Origin: a virus | Virus record (IMG/VR): IMGVR_UViG_3300022214_000003 | Direction: 5' to 3' (one strand) | Length of the DNA stretch: 36,810 bases | Part shown: positions 1 through 6,640 of the stretch, one piece after another | Layout: every line of letters starts with the position of its first letter | Position numbering within the stretch: position 1 is the stretch's first letter | Position numbers and translations under genes: made by a program | The notes under the pieces: generated by a model | What the model was told of the DNA's origin: nothing | Database searches by the model: none | Seen by the model: only the letters and a program-made list of their open reading frames with translations

Positions 1-127
1 GACGCTGGCATATATGCGCAGGAGAGTGCAGACATTGCGGCCGATGTGCGGGAGTGGGCCATTGCTCATGGGGATGACCCCATGCTACGAATTGTGCTGT
101 GTGGCTACGAGGGGGAACACATTATGC
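1..127. repeat. Terminal direct repeat, copy 1 (identical to 36684-36810)
   Basis: I compared the two copies base by base and they match at 127/127. This length is what a k=127 assembly overlap of a circular molecule would give, or a short terminal redundancy. Confidence 0.97.
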
Positions 128-279
128 CAGAGACGTGGCGCTGCGTGGCATGGAAGGCTGGCGGGGGCTATGGGAGCCAAGGCAACGGGCGCGGGCGAGA
201 GAATGCCGACAAGGAGCGCTTGTGGCTGAGCCCGCATTGCCTGCAGCCAGCGCAGCAGCAGGCTTTTGCCTTTGCATGA
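1..279 (+). CDS. DNA N6-adenine methyltransferase, C-terminal segment (continues 35940-36810 across the circle junction)
   Basis: The frame of ORF 46-279 maps onto the frame of the ATG at 35940 (36729 = 46 + 36683, both in the same phase). The stop is TGA at 277-279. Confidence 0.8.
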   Translation, partial: DAGIYAQESADIAADVREWAIAHGDDPMLRIVLCGYEGEHIMPETWRCVAWKAGGGYGSQGNGRGRENADKERLWLSPHCLQPAQQQAFAFA

Positions 280-289
280 AAGAGAGGTG

Positions 290-1087
290 ATGATGAGCAA
301 ATACCATGCCCTCCTGCTATCCCTCACCTTAGGGATTGCCTGGGGATTGCTTAGGGATGCACGCGCCGTAGACTTTACCCTAGTCTGGGACACGGAGGGC
401 CCGACCTGCGATCCGGCCCAGCAGCGTTGTGCTGATACCTTCCGCGTTAAGTGGGGACAGGCCAGCCGCAGCTACACTAACCAGGCCGACACCAGGGAAA
501 AAACCTACACTGTGCGCAACTGGCCAGAGGGCGAGCCGTTCTACGCTGTGGTGATAGCGGTCGACGCTCAGGGGGAGTTCCACCCAACCAATGAGATCGC
601 CCTAGCTGTGCCTAACCTGGTCACGTCGATTACTCCGCAGCTTCCCATTGTGAGCGCTGCGCCGGGGGTGCTGCTCTTCAGCGACCGGACCTACACGCTA
701 CAGGCGCCGATCCCTGCTGTCCTGGGGGAGGGTGCCATGATGTTCCAGCCTGCCAATGCCAACAAGCTGGACGCCTCAGCAACGGCCTACACCATCACCT
801 TTGGACGTGATGCCCTCCTGTGGCTGGGCTACGATAGCCGCCAGCCTGCGACGGGGCGCCCCGGGTGGCTCCGTACAACACCATGGCAGGATGCCCAGGC
901 CACGGTGCAAACCACAGACGTGCCGTTTGCGCTCTACCGGCGGGCAGTGCGAGGCGGGGAGGTGGTTGCCCTGGCTGGCAACCGGAGCGATGGCGGGCTG
1001 GGCAACACACACTACCTGATCTTTGTCACCCCGCCGACGGTAGGCAAGCCCTACGCGGTCGAGGGCATCATCATCACGATACGATAG
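290..1087 (+). CDS. Secreted protein: signal peptide, FN3-like domain, then a C-terminal beta-sandwich (carbohydrate-binding-like) domain
   Basis: ATG at 290/293 follows AGAGAGG; the ORF-track start at 266 is a TTG. The N-terminus is hydrophobic (SKYHALLLSLTLGIAWGLL..ARA). An FN3-like pattern is present (TLVW..YAVVIAVD). The C-terminal domain assignment is only by general resemblance. Confidence 0.6.
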   Translation: MMSKYHALLLSLTLGIAWGLLRDARAVDFTLVWDTEGPTCDPAQQRCADTFRVKWGQASRSYTNQADTREKTYTVRNWPEGEPFYAVVIAVDAQGEFHPTNEIALAVPNLVTSITPQLPIVSAAPGVLLFSDRTYTLQAPIPAVLGEGAMMFQPANANKLDASATAYTITFGRDALLWLGYDSRQPATGRPGWLRTTPWQDAQATVQTTDVPFALYRRAVRGGEVVALAGNRSDGGLGNTHYLIFVTPPTVGKPYAVEGIIITIR

Positions 1088-1093
1088 AAGGGA

Positions 1094-1441
1094 ATGGATA
1101 TGCGCACGCTTTTTGCCTGGCTCATCCTGCTGAGTCTCACGACAGTAGCCTGGGGGGCTACCGCAACGGTAAGCTGGACTGATACGCGCAACCCTGCAGC
1201 GGCAATCACGGGGTATACCATCGCGCAGAGCACTACGACGCCGCCACAGTGGAGCACGCCGGTGCAACTCCCTAAGGATGCCCGATCGTGGTCCGGGGCT
1301 GTGGGGGCGGGCACGACCTGTTACCGTATCGTCGCCTACGCGGGCACGGTGCCGAGCGATCCGGCAGAAGGATGCGCCACCGTGCCGTTTGCGGTCGAGG
1401 GCATTACGGTCACGGTGACGCTTTCAGGCACGGTGAAGTAG
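1094..1441 (+). CDS. Small secreted FN3-like protein
   Basis: Signal peptide MDMRTLFAWLILLSLTTVAWG. FN3-like pattern TVSW..GYTI..YRIVAY. It shares the C-terminal AVEGI motif and a 14-nt DNA identity with the upstream gene. Confidence 0.6.
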   Translation: MDMRTLFAWLILLSLTTVAWGATATVSWTDTRNPAAAITGYTIAQSTTTPPQWSTPVQLPKDARSWSGAVGAGTTCYRIVAYAGTVPSDPAEGCATVPFAVEGITVTVTLSGTVK

Positions 1442-1687
1442 CATCGCCTCGGCATCCTCGGTTACAACGTCCACGGCCCCCGCATCGTTGACGCTGCGGA
1501 TGTCCGCCAGGGTGATTTGAGGATGTGCCGCGATCACTGCCATGATGGCATCCTGGGCGTCTGCAGCCACGACGCCTAGCGTCCGGTGGTCGCGGTAGCT
1601 GGGCGTCGTGCCCCATGCGGCATAGACTTTTATGAGCCAGTGTCTGGGCTTTTGCTTATAAACGGGCGGGGTTGCGGGTTCTGTCAT
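1424..1687 (-). CDS. Hypothetical protein (last gene of the leftward operon)
   Basis: An AAGGAGG SD lies upstream of the ATG at 1687. The 3' end overlaps convergent gene 1094-1441 by 18 nt. Confidence 0.55.
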   Translation of the reverse strand: MTEPATPPVYKQKPRHWLIKVYAAWGTTPSYRDHRTLGVVAADAQDAIMAVIAAHPQITLADIRSVNDAGAVDVVTEDAEAMLLHRA

Positions 1688-1735
1688 GTTCTATCATCCT
1701 CCTTTCTTGCCACGCTACGCGCAGCCGCCATCTTG

Positions 1736-1828
1736 TCACGAGTCGATGTAGCCGCAGGCCACGCAGCGGCGCTTGGTGGCGTTGTAGGGCACCAGCAGGC
1801 CACCGCAGGGGCAGTAGGCTTGCTTCAT
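1736..1828 (-). CDS. 30-aa CxC..CxxC zinc-ribbon mini-protein (below the ORF-track size cutoff)
   Basis: My own translation gives MKQAYCPCGGLLVPYNATKRRCVACGYIDS*. Its start overlaps the stop of the upstream gene as ATGA (1825-1828). Confidence 0.45.
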   Translation of the reverse strand: MKQAYCPCGGLLVPYNATKRRCVACGYIDS

Positions 1829-2061
1829 GCTGCTTCCCTTTCCACGTGCAAGAGCTTCCCGCAATAGCAGCACCACACCATGCGTTGACTCTCCGGGTCA
1901 TCATCTATTGAGAACCAGAACTCTTCTCCACATTGCGTTGTCCAGGGGCCAGCAACAACGCCGCTATCTCGCCAGATGCACCATACCTCTTCCACTGGCA
2001 CCATAGTGCCGCATACGTTACAAAGCGTCTGGGCTAGCTCAGGGCTAGTCCCCATGGTCAT
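1825..2061 (-). CDS. Cys-rich zinc-ribbon protein, paralogous to the C-terminal module of 2073-2432
   Basis: An AAGGAGG SD lies 5 nt upstream of the ATG at 2061. The motif C.W(R)..G.WTT.CG...C..CG is shared with the next gene. Confidence 0.6.
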   Translation of the reverse strand: MTMGTSPELAQTLCNVCGTMVPVEEVWCIWRDSGVVAGPWTTQCGEEFWFSIDDDPESQRMVWCCYCGKLLHVEREAA

Positions 2062-2072
2062 GGCGGCCTCCT

Positions 2073-2432
2073 TTAGCATCCCTCATCAACGCCTATCTCC
2101 TCCACACGATGTCCGCAGCGTGGACAAAATGTCACCCCATCTCCTGCGGGCGAGCCAATGAGGTTGTGTATTTGCCCACATGCGGTGGTCCATTCGCCGG
2201 ACGCGATGTCAGTCACCCGCCATTCACATGGCATCTCTGAGACTCTTCTGGAGTCGTGCAACAGGGCCGTTTTGCAAGCTAGCTTGGCTCCGTGGGTTTC
2301 TGCCAGGGTCACATCTAGCAGGCGCCGCAGGTGGGCGTAGTGCGCAAAAATCTTCCCTTCATCGCTCCCGACATTGGCCCAGGACGCTGTGAGCCGCCGG
2401 TGTAGTTCTTGCCCTGCGTTGCTATCTGTCAT
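2073..2432 (-). CDS. Hypothetical two-module protein (N-terminal MTDSNAG module plus C-terminal zinc-ribbon module)
   Basis: I chose the start at 2432 because the RBS and first 8 codons duplicate those of gene 2422-2673. The 148-aa track ORF extends further upstream. Confidence 0.55.
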   Translation of the reverse strand: MTDSNAGQELHRRLTASWANVGSDEGKIFAHYAHLRRLLDVTLAETHGAKLACKTALLHDSRRVSEMPCEWRVTDIASGEWTTACGQIHNLIGSPAGDGVTFCPRCGHRVEEIGVDEGC

Positions 2433-2673
2433 GCCCTTCTCCCTGTAACGCCTGATGCCCCTTATCAGTAAGGCGGTACGTGGACGTCCGGTGCTGTTGG
2501 CTGCGCTCCAATAGCCCATGATTAACTAGCGACTTTGCCGTAACGGTCTCGACATGAGGGCGCCAGTCACGATATTGTGCCCAATCCCCAATAGCTGCAA
2601 ACCACTGTAGTGCCCTCTTCTGGGTGGCTGTGAGCCGCTGATGTCGTTCGTGCCCTGCGTTGCTATCTGTCAT
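2422..2673 (-). CDS. Small winged-helix-like DNA-binding protein (N-terminal MTDSNAG module)
   Basis: LVNHGLLERS..TYRLTDKG resembles a wHTH recognition helix plus wing. An ATGA overlap links it to the upstream tmk-like gene. Confidence 0.5.
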   Translation of the reverse strand: MTDSNAGHERHQRLTATQKRALQWFAAIGDWAQYRDWRPHVETVTAKSLVNHGLLERSQQHRTSTYRLTDKGHQALQGEGHDR

Positions 2674-3323
2674 GTCTTTCTCCCTTGCTCCAAGCGACTC
2701 ACGATCTGAGAGTGGATGGCATCGGCTGGCTGGTCGCCATCCAGTACGTGATAGTTGCGCTGGCTCTGGATGCGCAGGTACGCAGTCCTTACAGCTTGCT
2801 GGCGGGCCAGATCATAGTCTATGGCGTCATTGCCTTGGCGTCCGGCGAGGCGCTTCGCGGCCACCTCGGGGCTAATGTCCAGCAGGAAGATGCGGTCTGG
2901 GGCTCTCCCGATTACGGCCCACCCCCACCACAGGGGGAACGCTTCACGGTCGGCGCGGTCCATCTGGGATACCTGGTAGGCCAGGGTGCTCAGCCAGCCG
3001 CGTACCCAAATGACATGCACGCTGGGGCGACGTGTCCAGCGTGCCTGCATCTCGACCATGATTTGCCTCATCAATGCCAGATGCAAGAGGGCTTCGGTTG
3101 CGTTGTCGTGGGGCTGGTCCATATACGGGTCAGGCTGCCGCGTTGCCCGCAATGCCTCACGGATTTTGTTGATAATAAATGGCGTATCTTCTGCATACCT
3201 TTGCAGCCATGGGAAGTCCAACACGCGCACCGCCTCCCCTCGCTCCTGCCAGTAGGCTGCGAGCATGTCCGCCTGCGTGTCCTTCCCTGCGCCGTCAGGG
3301 CCTTCAAGAAGTACAAAGGTCAT
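2670..3323 (-). CDS. tmk: Thymidylate kinase-like nucleoside monophosphate kinase
   Basis: P-loop LLEGPDGAGKDTQ. The core LSTLAYQ and the lid-like RLAGRQGNDAIDYD are present. The DR(Y/H) motif is replaced by VRGW. Confidence 0.7.
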   Translation of the reverse strand: MTFVLLEGPDGAGKDTQADMLAAYWQERGEAVRVLDFPWLQRYAEDTPFIINKIREALRATRQPDPYMDQPHDNATEALLHLALMRQIMVEMQARWTRRPSVHVIWVRGWLSTLAYQVSQMDRADREAFPLWWGWAVIGRAPDRIFLLDISPEVAAKRLAGRQGNDAIDYDLARQQAVRTAYLRIQSQRNYHVLDGDQPADAIHSQIVSRLEQGRKT

Positions 3324-3577
3324 GCGCCTACCTCCTCTTGCCTATAATCGTCAATGACCTTGGCTGCGGTCATCTCTCCCGCTATGCCCACTAGCGCCAG
3401 GCGGACCGTCTCTTGTATCTCCCGATGAAAGGCCACCACGGCGGCATGATCGTTGCGGGCCGCCTCGATGAGTTCCCCAGGCATCAGCGGCTTGCCTGGC
3501 TCCGGGGGCGGGCGGTGATTGCGCTGCAACCAGGCGGTGAGGATATGCCCGATCAAGGCTTGCTGCGTAGGGGTCAT
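3320..3577 (-). CDS. Hypothetical protein
   Basis: The ATG at 3577 forms an ATGA overlap with the stop of 3574-3807. The track ORF extends to 3619. Confidence 0.5.
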   Translation of the reverse strand: MTPTQQALIGHILTAWLQRNHRPPPEPGKPLMPGELIEAARNDHAAVVAFHREIQETVRLALVGIAGEMTAAKVIDDYRQEEVGA

Positions 3578-3807
3578 GGCTTCCCCTCCTCCCTGCAATG
3601 CAGGGAACAGCCTGTCCACACTGCCGCTACGCGTTGATCAATACGGGGACAATATCCCCAGGTCTGGGCCTGGCTACGATAGGAGGCGCATGTGCTGCAT
3701 GGCTGGCGCAGGGGATTAGCCGAGCCGTAGCAGGTAATGCACGGCTCCGGGGTGTAGCGCACCATCTGGCATTTAGAGCATTGATAGGTCACGGGGGTGA
3801 ACGTCAT
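3574..3807 (-). CDS. Cys-rich (multi CxxC) zinc-binding protein
   Basis: CSKC..CITC..CSTC..C..C motifs are present. ATGA coupling occurs at both ends. Confidence 0.55.
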   Translation of the reverse strand: MTFTPVTYQCSKCQMVRYTPEPCITCYGSANPLRQPCSTCASYRSQAQTWGYCPRIDQRVAAVWTGCSLHCREEGKP

Positions 3808-4313
3808 AGCTCAAACATCTCCTTGCTGTCTCGATATTCGCGCTCTAGCGCGTCTTCCATCTGGTATCGTGCCTCGATAGGCTCCCACTCTGCGAGGTAT
3901 TGCGCCAATACCTCTTTGTCGCGCTGCAACTGTGTGCAGAGTTCGCAATCCCATTGCCGCTGTATGCCGTCCGTAGCACGGGCAAACGCTAGGCGGTCAT
4001 CCCCACATAGCGCAATGGTAGCGTGGGGCGTCCCATAGTGGCGGTACTCGTCCCACTCTCCACCCTGCCCCCGTGTGGAATAACTAGCGGCCAGGATCTC
4101 TGCAATGAATGTGGGCAGTAGTTCTGCCGGAAGGAAAAACCGTAGGTTGCCTTTACTTCGTCCCGACACATCGTCACGGATGAAGAACAGCTTGCGGTAG
4201 CGCTGGCGGCGGAATGAGTTATAGAACTTCTTCTCCGCCTGCTCACGTGGCCATCCAGTTGCCTGGCTTAACGCATCAATGATTTGCCCGCGTGCTAGTA
4301 GCGTCTCATCCAT
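3804..4313 (-). CDS. Hypothetical protein
   Basis: I chose the start MDETLL at 4313, just downstream of the stop of 4319-4813. No domain was recognised. Confidence 0.5.
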   Translation of the reverse strand: MDETLLARGQIIDALSQATGWPREQAEKKFYNSFRRQRYRKLFFIRDDVSGRSKGNLRFFLPAELLPTFIAEILAASYSTRGQGGEWDEYRHYGTPHATIALCGDDRLAFARATDGIQRQWDCELCTQLQRDKEVLAQYLAEWEPIEARYQMEDALEREYRDSKEMFEL

Positions 4314-4318
4314 ATGGC

Positions 4319-4813
4319 TTACCCCACATGATAGCGGCGCAGACCGCCATGGTACCAATGGATCAACTCGTCAATATGGTAGGCATAGCGGGCGGCTGCC
4401 TTGGCCTCTAGTTCTGCCCTGGCTTCCGTCAACGCGGTCTCTAGGCGTCGGGGGACTTTAGCACCATACTTGCCCTCGGCCATGGTCTCTGCGATAACTT
4501 CTGCGGCCTGCTCGGCAGGATAATAATAATGGCGCCCGATGCGGCGCCAGGCTTCTTGGACTGGCCAAGAATAAAGGGACTTATACAACATATCGCGGAT
4601 GCGCTTCGAGGCGTCAAAGCGCAAGGCGCCGGGGTACTCTACTACGATGCGATCTGCTAGCTCTGCCACGCTCACCAGCCCCTCCTGGAGGGGAATGCGG
4701 GATACTCTATTGTTGGAACAGTCCTGGCAGAACTTGCGCCGCTTCACTTGGACGGGGCGCTTGCAGGCTTGGCACGGGGGCATCTGTTCTAATAGGCTGT
4801 AGGTCTGCGGCAT
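4319..4813 (-). CDS. Hypothetical protein with N-terminal CxxC..CxxC zinc ribbon
   Basis: The N-terminus contains PPCQACKRPVQVKRRKFCQDC. It is preceded by a 152-nt structured intergenic region. Confidence 0.55.
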   Translation of the reverse strand: MPQTYSLLEQMPPCQACKRPVQVKRRKFCQDCSNNRVSRIPLQEGLVSVAELADRIVVEYPGALRFDASKRIRDMLYKSLYSWPVQEAWRRIGRHYYYPAEQAAEVIAETMAEGKYGAKVPRRLETALTEARAELEAKAAARYAYHIDELIHWYHGGLRRYHVG

Positions 4814-4950
4814 ATCCTGGGCCTTCTCTCCCCTTTGTTGTTGTTACCCCTGGGGAGGGGCCTGTCTGACCTCTCGGCCACCAATCAAGACGCTATGGGC
4901 GATAGGCTTGTGGATGCCGGAGAACCCTCCCCAGGAGCCCTACGGCACAC

Positions 4951-4972
4951 GCCGTAGAGATGGTGCTAGGCG
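4951..4972. repeat. 22-bp direct repeat, copy 1 (GCCGTAGAGATGGTGCTAGGCG)
   Basis: Exact match to 5544-5565. It contains the stop codon of gene 4966-5532. Confidence 0.95.
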
Positions 4973-5532
4973 CATTTCCTGGCCAAATCAATGAGCCACG
5001 AACAAAACGCCGGAGGCGTTAGTTCACGCTCCTGTTTTGAGGGGTGCTTTTGCCCTGTCAGGAGTCGCGCCGACTTAGAAGCAATCACTTTCTCTGGCTC
5101 TCCCATGCAATAAGGGACGGGGGGAATGTTTGATGGCGCGCATCCTACAACGTAGAGCCAAGTCGCTTTGCGGGCGACATGCCCCCACCATTGTTGAGGC
5201 ACGCTCATGGTCCACCCGCCCCATTTATCCCTAGCCCTTGTTCCGGGCCGTGGTAAGCTCAGCGCCTCCCACAACCTGGAATAAGCCGGATGCTCTACGA
5301 CGCCACCCCAACGCCTTGCCTGCTCAATTGCCCATACTGCATAGGCTTTTTCGATGCGCGGTGCGGTGGAAAAATACCGCAGGCGTGACCACAGTCTGCA
5401 AGGCGGATGTGCTATGATTGGCGTACCTCCTGGCCATTGGAGGGCATTCCGTTCCGCGTCCCATACATCTACGCCAGGCACCCCCTTATAATGGCTCTCA
5501 TTATGGGCAAAAAGTACTGCTACCAACTGCAT
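4966..5532 (-). CDS. C5-cytosine-methyltransferase-like protein lacking a recognisable AdoMet motif I
   Basis: IIAHPPCRLWS resembles motif IV (PPCQxFS). GGVVEHPAYS resembles motif VI (ENV). GHVARKATWLYVVG resembles motif VIII (QxRxR). LTPPAFCSWLIDL resembles motif X. The N-terminus reads VAVLFAHNES where FxGxG would be expected. Confidence 0.5.
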   Translation of the reverse strand: MQLVAVLFAHNESHYKGVPGVDVWDAERNALQWPGGTPIIAHPPCRLWSRLRYFSTAPRIEKAYAVWAIEQARRWGGVVEHPAYSRLWEALSLPRPGTRARDKWGGWTMSVPQQWWGHVARKATWLYVVGCAPSNIPPVPYCMGEPEKVIASKSARLLTGQKHPSKQERELTPPAFCSWLIDLARKCA

Positions 5533-5543
5533 GAGACTTCCCT

Positions 5544-5565
5544 GCCGTAGAGATGGTGCTAGGCG
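5544..5565. repeat. 22-bp direct repeat, copy 2
   Basis: Exact match to 4951-4972. It contains the stop codon of gene 5559-5858. Confidence 0.95.
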
Positions 5566-5858
5566 GCTATCAGGCCAGCCGCTTTCAGTTCTGCACGAGA
5601 CAGCAGCCTATGCCGATACTCCACAGGCACATCTCCAGCCTGATACGTCATGACTTCGCCGCCTGGGTTGATGCCAAGAGCCCAGGTAGAACACTGCGCA
5701 TGCACGGGGCCTGGGGCCTCCACGATGGCAACGCCTAAAAATTGCTGACCTCGCGGCTTGTCGGGATCACAGAACGACAGCCACCACAACCGCCCTGGCT
5801 TGCCTCTCTCGGCCAGCAGCAACTCTGCCAATCGTTCCTGGGCCTTTTGTGTGTCCAT
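5559..5858 (-). CDS. Hypothetical protein
   Basis: The start MDTQKAQ at 5858 is preceded by a GGGAGGG SD. It overlaps the stop of the nuclease gene by 1 nt (TGATG). Confidence 0.5.
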   Translation of the reverse strand: MDTQKAQERLAELLLAERGKPGRLWWLSFCDPDKPRGQQFLGVAIVEAPGPVHAQCSTWALGINPGGEVMTYQAGDVPVEYRHRLLSRAELKAAGLIAA

Positions 5859-6439
5859 CACAATCCCTCCCATATTAACCACTGTTCCCCCCAGGGCAAC
5901 CGCGAGCGCAACGGTGCCGGGTGCATCACCTGGAACCTATACAGGGCGCCATACGCTTGAGCGGCCAGGCGCACCTTGGCCTGATCCCCTCGGCGGAAGT
6001 AGGGCATGGGCTTGCCGTCGCTCAATGTGGTGCCCTTAATCTCAATGGCCACAGGCGCCGCGCCTCGTAGCTGTGCAATAAAGTCTGGCGTATAACTTAC
6101 CTTGGGGCCTAGCCGCAAGACGAAGGGCTCGTACGCCCACCACCCGACCATGCCGAGCTTTACGCCATCTTGCAGCCACTCGCCGAAGTGTTTCTCTGTC
6201 TCCGATCGGCAGCGGCTCAGGTCTTGCAGCCATGGCCCCACATGCGCATACGCTGTGGGCTCTAGCCCCTCCCCTGCTGCAGCACTCCGCTGCGCGATCT
6301 CTTTGCGTAGCGTCTGGGCATTGCGCTGTAGGCACACCTCGCAGTCCACAAGCTCGATGACTGGCGTGGCACGGTCAAAATGCTGGGCGCCACAGCGCAC
6401 GTCAGGGCTTGCAAGGCTGAGCAGGTGATGGGTCAGCAT
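5858..6439 (-). CDS. PD-(D/E)xK nuclease (DUF1064/VRR-NUC-like; candidate resolvase or recombination nuclease)
   Basis: SYTPDF..(11 aa)..IEIKG is a D..ExK signature. The N-terminal part is Cys-containing. Confidence 0.6.
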   Translation of the reverse strand: MLTHHLLSLASPDVRCGAQHFDRATPVIELVDCEVCLQRNAQTLRKEIAQRSAAAGEGLEPTAYAHVGPWLQDLSRCRSETEKHFGEWLQDGVKLGMVGWWAYEPFVLRLGPKVSYTPDFIAQLRGAAPVAIEIKGTTLSDGKPMPYFRRGDQAKVRLAAQAYGALYRFQVMHPAPLRSRLPWGEQWLIWEGL

Positions 6440-6640
6440 GTACCCCCCCGTATCGCGTTGTACCGTATTGCATCGTACCGTAACCCCTCCCCACGACAGC
6501 GCTGCGCCAGGCTGGCCTACTACGAGCGCATGGCGTGCCTGCCTGGCATCCCTCGCCTTATCCTTGCCATACTACGAGAGGTGCTGCGCTGTTTCTTGCC
6601 CTGCTGCTTTCATGCCGGGGCGCAGGGGAGGGGCGTATAT

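Noticed and set aside
2073-2519. The 148-aa version of ORF 2073-2519
   Set aside because: The upstream 29 codons overlap gene 2422-2673 in another frame. The duplicated SD+ATG module at 2432 gives a far better start.
4814-4965. Possible tRNA or other small RNA gene in the 152-nt gap
   Set aside because: I could build no cloverleaf. There is no GTTCRANYC T-loop and no acceptor/T-arm pairing on either strand. I kept it only as a structured intergenic element.
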